A stretch of DNA of 64,000 nt from Gemmatimonadales bacterium. Its GTDB lineage: Bacteria > Gemmatimonadota > Gemmatimonadetes > Gemmatimonadales > GWC2-71-9. The first letter of the stretch is position 1, and each line of letters starts with the position of its first letter. This document shows, piece by piece, positions 56,067 to 64,000 of this stretch. The notes under the pieces were generated by a model, which saw only the letters and a program-made list of their open reading frames with translations, was not told the origin of the DNA and made no database searches. Location: the NCBI GenBank assembly GCA_035456525.1, contig DATICZ010000224.1, forward strand, positions 4,362-68,361, read 5' to 3'. The position numbers and the translations under genes were made by a program.

Positions 56067-59036
56067 TCACTCTTTCGCGTGCCAGAATTCGACCTCGTGC
56101 TCGTCGGCCAGCTCGAGGGTCACCGCCGCGTGCCGGCATCCCATGGCCTCCGAGATGCGTGGCGTGAGCCGCTCGTCATCCACCCGTGCTTCGGTGACTT
56201 TACGCCCCGCCGGCAGCGCCGGGGCGACGGTCACCGCGAGATGCCCACCGGCGGTCCGCCGCACGCGCACCTGCACCCGGTCCGGCAGCGCGGCGACCCG
56301 GACGTCCAGCGTCGTATGCGCCACGTGCAGGCCGCGCCATTCGCACGCGCGCCATCCCGAAGGCAGGTGCGGCGTCAACGTCAGCCGGCTGGCGAGGGCA
56401 TCCGGCCGAGCGCCGAGCATTCCCTCGATCACCGGAGACACGAGCATCGCCGCGGACCACGCCTGATCAGGACAGACGCCGGCGGGCGTTCCGAGATCGC
56501 CGTCCAGCACCTCGGCAAATGATCCCTGTCCGTGCGCGAACGGCAGCCGGGCGTTCGCCAGCAGGTGGGCGAACCCCTGCTCCGCGCGATGGCAGGCGAA
56601 CTCGGCGAGGCTGACCCACCCCGTGTAGAGCGGCCAGACGGCGCCGCTGTGGTAACCCGCGGGACTGTAGTGTGGGTCCTCGCGGGGAATCAGGCGCACG
56701 CCCCAGGGCGTGGAGAACCCCGGGGACGCGATGGCATCGAGCCACGCGGTCGCCGGCGCCGGGTCGACCGCATCGAGCAGCAGGGCCACGGCCGTCAGCG
56801 CCGTGCGCGAGCGCTGTTGCGTGCCGTCGGCCAGCAGACCCAGCGCGTACCCGTCGGCCATCCGGAACTGCCGGGCGATGCGGGCGCGGGCCCGCGCCGC
56901 GCGCTCCGCCAGCTCCTGGCCAAGCGCGCGGTGGCCGAGTGCCAGGGCGACGGGCTCGAGCGCGGTGAGCGCGGCCACCCAGATGCTCGCGAGATAGAGC
57001 GTCACGTGCGCGCCCGAGAGCGGCCCCATCTCGATCCACCCGTGCCCCACCCGCGTATTCTCGATGAGCCCGTCGCCGTCGGTGTCGGTCTCGAGACAGA
57101 ACCGATAGGCGCGCTCGATCTCGGGCCACCGTTCGGCGAGAAACGCGAGGTCGGCGGTCCACGCCGCGTAGCGGCCGGCCAGCAGCAGATACAGCGGCGT
57201 CGCATCGGCCGCGTCGTAATGGGCGAGTCCGCTCGTGGTGTACTCGTGGATCACTTTGCCGCTCACGTCCTGGGTCGAACCCAGAAACCGCAGCACGAGC
57301 CGGCAGCCCGCATAGTCACCCGCGGCGAGCAGTGCGAACGCGGTCCAGCACGCGTCTCGTGCGAAGTACCACGCGTAGCCGGGACGCCCGTCCCCCCACC
57401 CGGGGCGGGACGGCGCGTACCCGGCGATGAGCGAGCGCCCCACGCCCGGCGTCTCCACGAAGCACCCGTCGAGGCGGCTCTTGGCCCATTCGAACGCGCT
57501 GTTGAGCCCCGGCTCGGGCGAGCGCAGCTGGACGAGATGTTCCTGCACCTGGCCCTCGTGACGCGACCGCTGCGCGGAGAGCCCGGCGACGCCGCGACGA
57601 CCCAACGCGGCCACCGCGCCATCGAGCTCGGCGCGGGACGCGCCCCCCAGTACCGCGAGCCGGAACGGCGCCTCGAGCGCCGTCCGCAGCTCGCACGAGA
57701 GGACCGGCTCCTCCTCGACCGGTTGGAGGCGCCATTCGACGGCTCCCCCGCTCACGACGAATGCCGCCCGCGGCAATCCCGTCGCGTCGGTCACGACCAG
57801 GGTGGCGCCGTGCGGCGCCAACCGATAGCGCAGGTCTCCGCCCGCGCCCGCGGGATACGGCCAGGTGCGCCGCAAGTCCACCTGCCACTTGAGCCACAGC
57901 TCGGTCGGCGCGCGCAGTCCGCGGGCGCGTCCCACCTTCTCCGGCCGGTACTCGATCAGCACGATCGGGTGATCCAGGGCGCTCGTCACAGTCTCTTCGA
58001 CGATCCTGGCCCGGCTCACGAGATGCCGCTGGATCAGGAGCGGTGTGATCTGCGCGTCGCGGATGAGCGGTGCTTCACCGCCCACGGTGACCCTGAGATC
58101 GCGCAGCAGCCGGTAGGGGTGCGCCCAGATCTCCCGCATGCCGCGTTGCTCGCCGCCCACGATGAGGACGCGCCGGCCGGCCAGCGTCACGGCCTCGTCG
58201 GAAAGCGCCCGGCTCGCGACGTGCAGCGGGGAGTCCAGACCGGGTAACGGACCGTCGAACCGCACGCGGTCGGGTAGCACGAGGTTCGGGTCCTCGTGCG
58301 CCCGGCGCCCGGGCTCCGGCCACGCGGCGGCGGGGACCTCGCGGCTCTGGTGGGGAATCCCCTGCCCGGCGAGCGCATTCGCGAGCACAGTGCGCAGCTG
58401 CCGCGCCAGCAGCGCGTCGCGCGCCCCCAGCACGACGAACGCCCCGATGCACAGCACGCCGCCCGCACCGACCTCGTATTCCCAGGCGACCACCCGATCC
58501 GCGTTGACGTGGATGTAGGATCGCTCGCACGCCACCACCCGGCCGCGCGCCGGACGCCGGCCGCGGGCGTACGTCGTCTGCACGAACCGCTCCCCTTCGC
58601 TCGGCGCCCACACGAAGGCGCCTTGCGCGAGCCCCTCGAACAGCGGGTGACTCCCGAACGCTGCCAGCCCCCGCACGTGGGGGAACGCCCCGAACGACCG
58701 CATGTCCGGGAACCAGAACTCGTCGTCCTCGTGCCGCCAGAGCCGGACCGCCGTGTCGTTGGGGCCGTCGGATTCGAGCCCCAGGGCGACCACGCGGGCG
58801 ACGGCACGCTGCGTGAGCAGCAGGCGGCCGCCCCGTTCCACCCATGGGACGACGACCTCCCGGGGCATCGGAAACGGCTCCTCCTCGGTATGCACCCAGA
58901 GCAGGTCGGTCTGCGCGATCGCCTCCGACCAGCCGTCCGGCGCGAGCCGGCGCGGCGTGATGTCGCGAAGTGCGCTCAGGAAATCCCAGGCCGCATCCGC
59001 TCCGGCACCCACTGCGAGCAGCGCGACGCGACGCAC
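56067..59036 (-). CDS. Large multidomain glycosidase-like protein: unknown N-terminal domain plus a C-terminal amylo-alpha-1,6-glucosidase/GDE-like (alpha/alpha)6 barrel
   Basis: The C-terminal half (YFARDACWTAFALLAAGD, DGDGLIEN, GYHSGAVWPLYTGW, PDQAWSAAM) resembles GDE_C/six-hairpin glycosidases. The GTG start lies 1 nt after the upstream stop. Confidence 0.7.
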   Translation of the reverse strand: MRRVALLAVGAGADAAWDFLSALRDITPRRLAPDGWSEAIAQTDLLWVHTEEEPFPMPREVVVPWVERGGRLLLTQRAVARVVALGLESDGPNDTAVRLWRHEDDEFWFPDMRSFGAFPHVRGLAAFGSHPLFEGLAQGAFVWAPSEGERFVQTTYARGRRPARGRVVACERSYIHVNADRVVAWEYEVGAGGVLCIGAFVVLGARDALLARQLRTVLANALAGQGIPHQSREVPAAAWPEPGRRAHEDPNLVLPDRVRFDGPLPGLDSPLHVASRALSDEAVTLAGRRVLIVGGEQRGMREIWAHPYRLLRDLRVTVGGEAPLIRDAQITPLLIQRHLVSRARIVEETVTSALDHPIVLIEYRPEKVGRARGLRAPTELWLKWQVDLRRTWPYPAGAGGDLRYRLAPHGATLVVTDATGLPRAAFVVSGGAVEWRLQPVEEEPVLSCELRTALEAPFRLAVLGGASRAELDGAVAALGRRGVAGLSAQRSRHEGQVQEHLVQLRSPEPGLNSAFEWAKSRLDGCFVETPGVGRSLIAGYAPSRPGWGDGRPGYAWYFARDACWTAFALLAAGDYAGCRLVLRFLGSTQDVSGKVIHEYTTSGLAHYDAADATPLYLLLAGRYAAWTADLAFLAERWPEIERAYRFCLETDTDGDGLIENTRVGHGWIEMGPLSGAHVTLYLASIWVAALTALEPVALALGHRALGQELAERAARARARIARQFRMADGYALGLLADGTQQRSRTALTAVALLLDAVDPAPATAWLDAIASPGFSTPWGVRLIPREDPHYSPAGYHSGAVWPLYTGWVSLAEFACHRAEQGFAHLLANARLPFAHGQGSFAEVLDGDLGTPAGVCPDQAWSAAMLVSPVIEGMLGARPDALASRLTLTPHLPSGWRACEWRGLHVAHTTLDVRVAALPDRVQVRVRRTAGGHLAVTVAPALPAGRKVTEARVDDERLTPRISEAMGCRHAAVTLELADEHEVEFWHAKE

Positions 59037-59037
59037 G

Positions 59038-61221
59038 TCAGAAGTCCACGGTGAGCGGCTCGCCCACCCGCCCGCTGCCGGCGCGGAGACCATCCACGTG
59101 CACGCGGTATCCCGGTCCGGCGATGGCGATGGCCACGCGGTGGCCGGCCACGGGCAGGCCCGCCACCCGCGCCGCTGCGATACCGAGTGCCAGGGGATGA
59201 ACGGTGAGCCCGGTCGCGCCGTGCGGCAGCACGCCGAGCACATGGGACACGATCAAATCGATGAGCCACGAATGCTGATAGTCGTCGATCCCGCGGTACC
59301 GGCTGGGGCGGCCGGTCCCCGGGTGGTAATGCTCGAACGCGTTGGGCCGGTCGGGGCGGCCCTCATCGGACATCATGCGCACGAGGCGCCGCAGCAGGTC
59401 GCCCAGCCGCGGCGCCCACTCCGGCCGGTGCGCCCGGACCACCTGCGCCAGGGCATCCACGACGTGCGAGTTGGTCATCGGCCAGACACGGCCGTTCCAC
59501 GGGCAGAGGTGGCGCTTCCCTTTCCACTCCGCATCGGGATTGAAGTTCGGGTCGTCCATGCTCGCCGAGGGCACGGGGAACGCCGTCCAGAATTCCCGGC
59601 GGTTGAACAGATGGCGGCGCAGTCCGGCGAGATGCTGGTGGTCGACGAGATCGGTAGCGTACGGATAGAAGCACACCGCGGCCTTCACCCCGGTGCGACG
59701 GCCCAGCCGCGGATCCACGTCGCTGAACATCTCGAGCTCCGGGTCCCACATCACGCCGCGCACCGCCTGCCGCGTGCGGTCGGCCGCCGTGTGCCACCGG
59801 TCCGCGGCCGCCGGCTCGATCTCCGCGGCGAGATACGCCAGCGCGCGGAACAGGCGGTAAGCGTACACCGTCGCATCGATGCCCTTCAACCGGATGCGGT
59901 TCGCCCACTCGTCGCGGTCCGCCGTGGGATCGACGGCGACGTATCGCGATGTGTATTCCTGACCGGTTTCCTGCTGGTCCACGACGTCCACCATGCCGCT
60001 CTCGTCCCGGTCCCGCGTGCGGCGCAGCCAGTCGGCGTAACGGGCCAGACCGGCGTACGCCTCACGGCGAAACGACGCCTCGGGATGGACCGCGTCGAGC
60101 GCCAGCACGGCGCCGCCCCAGTCGGCGTGGTAGAAATCGGGCCCCTCCACGTGGTCGGCCGGGATGCGGCCCGGGAGCGATCCATCGGGGCGCTGGTGAT
60201 CGAGAAAGGTGCGGAGGACGCCACGCCCCCAGGCCGGGTCCCGCAGCCACCGCAGCTCCCGCAGATGACACTGGGCGCTGTAGCTGATGGGCGTGTGGAA
60301 ATAGTGGATGCCCTCGCACACGGTCGGGTGCCGGTAACTCGGCGCCGCCCCTGGCGCGATACCGTGGAGGCGGAGCCCGTACCAGCGATACCACCATTGA
60401 TGATCGAGGTAGGGGTCGCTGCAGTGAAACTGCGGCACGCCCGCGAAGAAGCGACGCCAATCGCCGGCGCCGCGGCGCGACGTCGGCGGCCCTCCTTCGA
60501 GCGCGAGCGTGAGCGCCCCCTCGAACGAGGCGCTGCCCCGCCCCGCGATCCGGAAACGACGCTGCACCCCGAGGAAGACGACACCCCGCGGCTCGATCCC
60601 GCCCAGGTGCAGCTCGCGACGCAACCGGCCGGACCGCTGGTACCGGTCCCAGAACGGTGTCACTTCGAACCGGGGAGGCAGGGCCGCGGCATTCCCCTGC
60701 GAGCGGTAGCCGGCGAACGACTGTGCCGAGGGAGTCAGCGCGAGGAGCGAGCGCACCGCGGCATGGTGCTCCTGGCGATCCCTCACGGCCCGCACGAACG
60801 ACAGCGCGCCGCGCCGCGCCGTGACGCCGCCGGCCGAGAGATCCTCCCCGTCCACCGCCGTCCATGCGATGGCGTCGAGCGTCACCGGCCGCGCGCCGGG
60901 GTTGCGCACATCCCACCGGGTGGTCAGGGCGCCGCCCGGCGCGCTGCGCGTCTCCCGCGCGCGCAGTGACCCGAGGTCGTATTCGAGGGTGAGGGCGGCC
61001 GGCGACCAGCTCCGCCGGCGGCAGCGGGCCGGGAGCGGCGCGCCGTCCACGACGAAGCTCACGGTGAATCCCGGCGCGATCGCATACTGGAAGATGTGCG
61101 CCTCGTCCCAGAACCCCGGAGTTTCCAGCCAGCGCGGGAACGGCGGCGCCCAGATCAGTCCGTCCCCCGCCCCGAGGTACCACTTGTCAGGCCGGGCGAG
61201 GAGCCGGAGGGCGTCGGTCAC
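59038..61221 (-). CDS. GH63/trehalase-like (MGH1-like) six-hairpin glycoside hydrolase
   Basis: The C-terminal catalytic-domain-like region ([20 protein letters not shown]...[27 protein letters not shown]...DYQHSW). The GTG start overlaps the Prx stop (GTGA). Confidence 0.65.
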   Translation of the reverse strand: MTDALRLLARPDKWYLGAGDGLIWAPPFPRWLETPGFWDEAHIFQYAIAPGFTVSFVVDGAPLPARCRRRSWSPAALTLEYDLGSLRARETRSAPGGALTTRWDVRNPGARPVTLDAIAWTAVDGEDLSAGGVTARRGALSFVRAVRDRQEHHAAVRSLLALTPSAQSFAGYRSQGNAAALPPRFEVTPFWDRYQRSGRLRRELHLGGIEPRGVVFLGVQRRFRIAGRGSASFEGALTLALEGGPPTSRRGAGDWRRFFAGVPQFHCSDPYLDHQWWYRWYGLRLHGIAPGAAPSYRHPTVCEGIHYFHTPISYSAQCHLRELRWLRDPAWGRGVLRTFLDHQRPDGSLPGRIPADHVEGPDFYHADWGGAVLALDAVHPEASFRREAYAGLARYADWLRRTRDRDESGMVDVVDQQETGQEYTSRYVAVDPTADRDEWANRIRLKGIDATVYAYRLFRALAYLAAEIEPAAADRWHTAADRTRQAVRGVMWDPELEMFSDVDPRLGRRTGVKAAVCFYPYATDLVDHQHLAGLRRHLFNRREFWTAFPVPSASMDDPNFNPDAEWKGKRHLCPWNGRVWPMTNSHVVDALAQVVRAHRPEWAPRLGDLLRRLVRMMSDEGRPDRPNAFEHYHPGTGRPSRYRGIDDYQHSWLIDLIVSHVLGVLPHGATGLTVHPLALGIAAARVAGLPVAGHRVAIAIAGPGYRVHVDGLRAGSGRVGEPLTVDF

Positions 61222-61709
61222 AGCGAGCGGATGACGCGGAGCAGCTCGGCATCGTCGCGCCGGTCGCCGAGCTTGGCCTCGGTGTGCTGCCAGCGCAGGA
61301 CGCCCTGCCGGTCGATGACGAAATAGGCGCGACTCGAGTAGAACTTGTCGTCCAGGAGCGTCCCATAGCGGCGGCAGACGTCGCGCTTGAAATCGCTCAA
61401 CAGGTCCTGCCGCATGGCGTACTTCGCCTTGTATTCCTTGAGGGTGGCGACGGAATCGACGCTGATCGGCAACACCACGGTGTCGGCGCCGTCGAACGCG
61501 TCGAAGCTCTCGCTGAAGGAGCAGTTCTCCGCCGTGCACGTGCTCGTGAACGCGAGGGGGTAGAACGCCAGCAGCACGTTCTTGCGACCGCGAAAGCCCG
61601 ACAGGGTCACGTCCGTCCCCGCCGTGGAGGGCAGCGTGAAATCGGGAGCCGGGTCACCCACGCGCGGCGTGCTGGACGTGGCGTCGAACACTGGTGAGCT
61701 CTCCTGCAC
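61218..61709 (-). CDS. Peroxiredoxin (AhpC/TSA, Bcp-like) with a normal Cys
   Basis: [11 protein letters not shown]...[17 protein letters not shown], a canonical peroxidatic Cys context. Confidence 0.85.
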   Translation of the reverse strand: MQESSPVFDATSSTPRVGDPAPDFTLPSTAGTDVTLSGFRGRKNVLLAFYPLAFTSTCTAENCSFSESFDAFDGADTVVLPISVDSVATLKEYKAKYAMRQDLLSDFKRDVCRRYGTLLDDKFYSSRAYFVIDRQGVLRWQHTEAKLGDRRDDAELLRVIRSL

Positions 61710-61836
61710 GGAACGGTTCGGGGATGAGGGCCGAAATGTCGTCGCGGGAACTATTCACCGCAACGGCGGCGTTTGATTTCCCGAACAGCCGTGGCCATTT
61801 TCCTCATCTCCTCTAGATCCCGGAGTACAGCGCACC

Positions 61837-62445
61837 ATGCCCCATACCCTGCCTCCCCTGCCGTACGATTTCGCGGCCCTCGAGCCCCACATCGACACCC
61901 AGACGATGCAGATCCACCACGGCAAGCACCATCAGGCCTACGTCAACAATCTCAACGCCGCGCTCGACAAGCACCCGGAGTGGCACCAGAAGAGCCTGGA
62001 CGAGCTGTTGCGCGGCATCGCTGGCGTCCCCGAGAACATCCGGACGGCGGTGCGCAACAACGGCGGCGGCCATCACAACCACTCGCTGTTCTGGACCAGC
62101 ATGGCCCCCAAGGCCGGCGGCGAGCCGAGCGGCAAGCTGGCCGATGCGATCGGCACGACGCTGGGCGGGTTCGCCAAGTTCAAGGAATCGTTCACGGCCG
62201 CCGCGACGACCCGGTTCGGGAGCGGCTGGGCGTGGCTCGCCGCGAGCGGCGGGAAGCTGGAGGTGTACTCCACCGCGAATCAGGACAGCCCGCTCATGGA
62301 CGGAAAGATCCCGCTGCTGGGACTCGACGTGTGGGAACACGCCTACTATCTGAAATACCAGAACCGGCGGCCGGACTACATCACGGCCTGGTGGAACCTG
62401 GTGAACTGGCCCGAGATCACGCGGCGCTTCGAAGCCGCCAGGTGA
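61837..62445 (+). CDS. sodA: Superoxide dismutase (Mn type by motif)
   Basis: [39 protein letters not shown] and DVWEHAYY motifs. Confidence 0.92.
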   Translation: MPHTLPPLPYDFAALEPHIDTQTMQIHHGKHHQAYVNNLNAALDKHPEWHQKSLDELLRGIAGVPENIRTAVRNNGGGHHNHSLFWTSMAPKAGGEPSGKLADAIGTTLGGFAKFKESFTAAATTRFGSGWAWLAASGGKLEVYSTANQDSPLMDGKIPLLGLDVWEHAYYLKYQNRRPDYITAWWNLVNWPEITRRFEAAR

Positions 62446-62464
62446 ACCGACGGGCCGCGGCGCG

Positions 62465-62490
62465 GCCGAGCCGCTCTACAGCGGCTCGGC
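62465..62490. terminator. Perfect 11-bp hairpin between convergent sodA and the CPXCG gene (no U-tract)
   Basis: GCCGAGCCGCT ctac AGCGGCTCGGC. The loop contains the TAG stop of the minus-strand gene. Confidence 0.5.
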
Positions 62491-62712
62491 GCTGACCGCC
62501 GCGCCGCCGTCGAGGCCGTAGCGCACCACGACCCGCCAGGGACGGCAGCACACCTGGCAATCCTCCACATACTCCTGCGCGGCGCCGCCCCCGGGGTCGA
62601 GGGTGAGGGTGTTCACCTCGCCGCAATGCGGACAGGCGACCGTCGCCTCCCCGTCGGCGGTGCCGTCACCGAGCGGGAACTCTTCCTCGAGAGAATCGGG
62701 CTGATCGATCAC
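62476..62712 (-). CDS. CPXCG-motif cysteine-rich small protein
   Basis: [35 protein letters not shown]. The GTG start overlaps the DUF411 stop (GTGA). Confidence 0.7.
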   Translation of the reverse strand: MIDQPDSLEEEFPLGDGTADGEATVACPHCGEVNTLTLDPGGGAAQEYVEDCQVCCRPWRVVVRYGLDGGAAVSAEPL

Positions 62713-63182
62713 GGCTGGCGGTGCGCGTAGACCGTCGTCTTGCCCGCACGGTCCCACGCCACCACGTCGTAGGCCTCGGCCCCCGGTCCTTCCATCCCGG
62801 GTGAGCCGGTGACCATCCCCGGGACCGCGAGCCCGACGACCCGCGGCTGGTCGGCGAGCAGCTTCTGGATCAGGTCCGCGGGCACATGCCCCTCGATCAC
62901 GTACTTCCCCACCTTGGCCGTGTGACACGACCCGAGCCGGAACGGGACGCCGAAGGCGCTCTGCACGCCGTTCAAGTCGTCGGTGTCGTGGGCGACGACC
63001 GTGAACCCGGCCGCGCGCAGGTGCGCGATCCATTTCGTACAGCAGCCGCAGGTGGGGCTCTTGTACACAGTGACAGTGGGAAGCGGAGACGCCGGGGCGG
63101 CTACGAGCGCGGCGCCGGCCAGCCCGGCTGTCGCCACGCCGGCCACAGCGGCCAGACGCCGTATCGCGGATGACAGAATCAT
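62709..63182 (-). CDS. DUF411 (CopG-like) periplasmic metal-binding protein
   Basis: Signal peptide, then [23 protein letters not shown] and GMEG motifs. Start at MILSS, with GAGGAG 7 nt upstream. Confidence 0.8.
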   Translation of the reverse strand: MILSSAIRRLAAVAGVATAGLAGAALVAAPASPLPTVTVYKSPTCGCCTKWIAHLRAAGFTVVAHDTDDLNGVQSAFGVPFRLGSCHTAKVGKYVIEGHVPADLIQKLLADQPRVVGLAVPGMVTGSPGMEGPGAEAYDVVAWDRAGKTTVYAHRQP

Positions 63183-63310
63183 GAACATGCTCCTCGGAAG
63201 TCGGGAACGGCCTTCCCGCAAACTAGCCTGAACCCCCGGTCCGGTGAAGCGGCCCCAAAGCGCTCATCCCCGATTCAGGGCCGTTTCATCCGCCAACACC
63301 TAGGATTTGT

Positions 63311-63342
63311 CGCAGTGCGGCAGGAGTGTCTGACGCACTGCG
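63311..63342 (+). promoter_or_regulatory. 9-bp perfect inverted repeat (CGCAGTGCG N14 CGCACTGCG) upstream of phaR; candidate operator
   Basis: Arms at 63311-63319 and 63334-63342, 27 nt upstream of the phaR ATG. Confidence 0.4.
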
Positions 63343-63368
63343 GAAACCGAAAACGCCAGGGTGCAGCG

Positions 63369-63875
63369 ATGACACGAGTGATCAAACGCTACCGGGGCGG
63401 CAGTCGCAAGCTCTACGACACAGCCGACAGCCGCTACATCTCGCTCGACGAGATTCCGGAACTGATCCGGCGCGGCGACCAAGTCCGCGTGGTGGACAAC
63501 GCGACCGGGGCGGACGTGACGGGCCAGGTCCTGGCGCAGGTGATCTCGGAAGGCGAGCGGCGTGGGGTGTCGTTTCTCTCGGCCGATGCCCTGCACGAGA
63601 TCATCCGCAGCGGCGAGCGCCTGCTCGCCAGCGGGGTTCGTACCCTGCGGCGCGAAATGGACCGCCTGCTCGCGCCGGTATCCGAAGCGAAGCGGCGGGC
63701 TGGGCCTCCGCCGGGGGAGTTGGATCTCCTGCGCACCGGCCTGCGCCAACTCGAGGAATCGCTGACCCAGGTGGGGCGCGGCGCAGGCCGCCGGCCCCCC
63801 GGTCGGCGCCCGCGGGGAAGTCCGCCCCGCGTGCGTCATCGTACCCGAATCCGGACTGAGGTGGAGGAGCGATGA
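63369..63875 (+). CDS. phaR: Polyhydroxyalkanoate synthesis repressor PhaR
   Basis: MTRVIKRYRGGSRKLYDTADSRYISLDEIPELIRRGDQVRVVDNATGADVTGQVLAQVI matches the PhaR N-terminal DNA-binding domain. Confidence 0.8.
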   Translation: MTRVIKRYRGGSRKLYDTADSRYISLDEIPELIRRGDQVRVVDNATGADVTGQVLAQVISEGERRGVSFLSADALHEIIRSGERLLASGVRTLRREMDRLLAPVSEAKRRAGPPPGELDLLRTGLRQLEESLTQVGRGAGRRPPGRRPRGSPPRVRHRTRIRTEVEER

Positions 63876-64000
63876 AGAAGACGAAGAAGAATCTGGAGCC
63901 CCGCACCATCCGCCGGTCCGCGCAGCAGATCTGGCTCGCGGGCCTGGGGGCGTTCGCCCTGGCGGGCGAAGAGGGCGGGAAGCTGTTCGGCTCGCTGGTG
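63872..64000 (+). CDS. Phasin-family protein; 3' end beyond the window
   Basis: The ATG overlaps the phaR stop (ATGA), with GGAGGAG upstream. MKKTKKNLEPRTIRRSAQQIWLAGLGAFALAGEEGGKLFGSLV resembles the PhaF/PhaI-type phasin N-terminus. Confidence 0.6.
   Translation, partial: MKKTKKNLEPRTIRRSAQQIWLAGLGAFALAGEEGGKLFGSLV

Overview
This is a very GC-rich, extremely gene-dense bacterial chromosomal segment (GC content not computed; third codon positions are almost all G/C). I support about 70 protein-coding genes. I recognised no rRNA, tRNA, CRISPR array, transposase, integrase or phage gene. The host looks like a diderm bacterium (TonB-ExbBD, lipoproteins, cbb3 oxidase). A Gemmatimonadota-like origin is only a guess.

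Gene content, left to right:
- moeB (partial) and aspA.
- A 17-gene minus-strand string (2854-13721): the 2-oxoacid dehydrogenase E1alpha-E1beta-E2 genes, two small unknowns, a PHP phosphoesterase, a Bcp peroxiredoxin, two SDRs, a Cys-rich Rossmann protein, DUF309, trxB, an MBL hydrolase, a Zn-ribbon peptide, a 2Fe-2S ferredoxin and a UPF0104 membrane protein.
- copZ, and cupredoxin-copA.
- H+-PPase.
- CDP-alcohol phosphatidyltransferase plus inositol-phosphate synthase.
- Peptidoglycan-salvage genes: DUF1343/NamZ-like, GH3 NagZ, a serine hydrolase, an SSS transporter and a BadF-type kinase, with an IscA/ErpA gene between the hydrolase and the transporter.
- A divergent cold-shock-domain protein coupled to a Zn-finger ORF.
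- Two amino-acid transporters.
- tonB-exbB-exbD-exbD with four TonB-family paralogues.
- A kinase-regulator-kinase operon (CusRS-like).
- A complete ccoNOQP-ccoG-fixH-ccoI-ccoS cluster.
- A sugar ABC transporter, an RCC1-repeat lipoprotein, and a Prx/GH63-like/GDE-like operon.
- sodA, DUF411-CPXCG, and phaR-phasin.

Most notable observations:
1. An in-frame TGA sits exactly at the peroxidatic-Cys codon of Bcp, making it a candidate selenocysteine codon.
2. A second in-frame TGA interrupts the trxB-coupled MBL hydrolase. A PHP gene in the same 5 kb has a conserved N-terminus with no canonical start codon.
3. A tightly coupled trxB-MBL-Zn ribbon-ferredoxin-UPF0104 module matches no pathway I can name.
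4. A 71-nt hairpin built from heptamer repeats lies inside the dehydrogenase operon.
5. A perfect 14-bp inverted repeat coincides with an apparent in-frame insertion in a serine hydrolase.
6. A 10-bp-phased tandem repeat lies downstream of that hydrolase.

I found nothing resembling a defence or mobile system.

Caveats: the ORF track is full of long GC-shadow ORFs and over-extended N-termini. Many starts below are my own choices. All family assignments rest on motif recognition by eye, not on searches.
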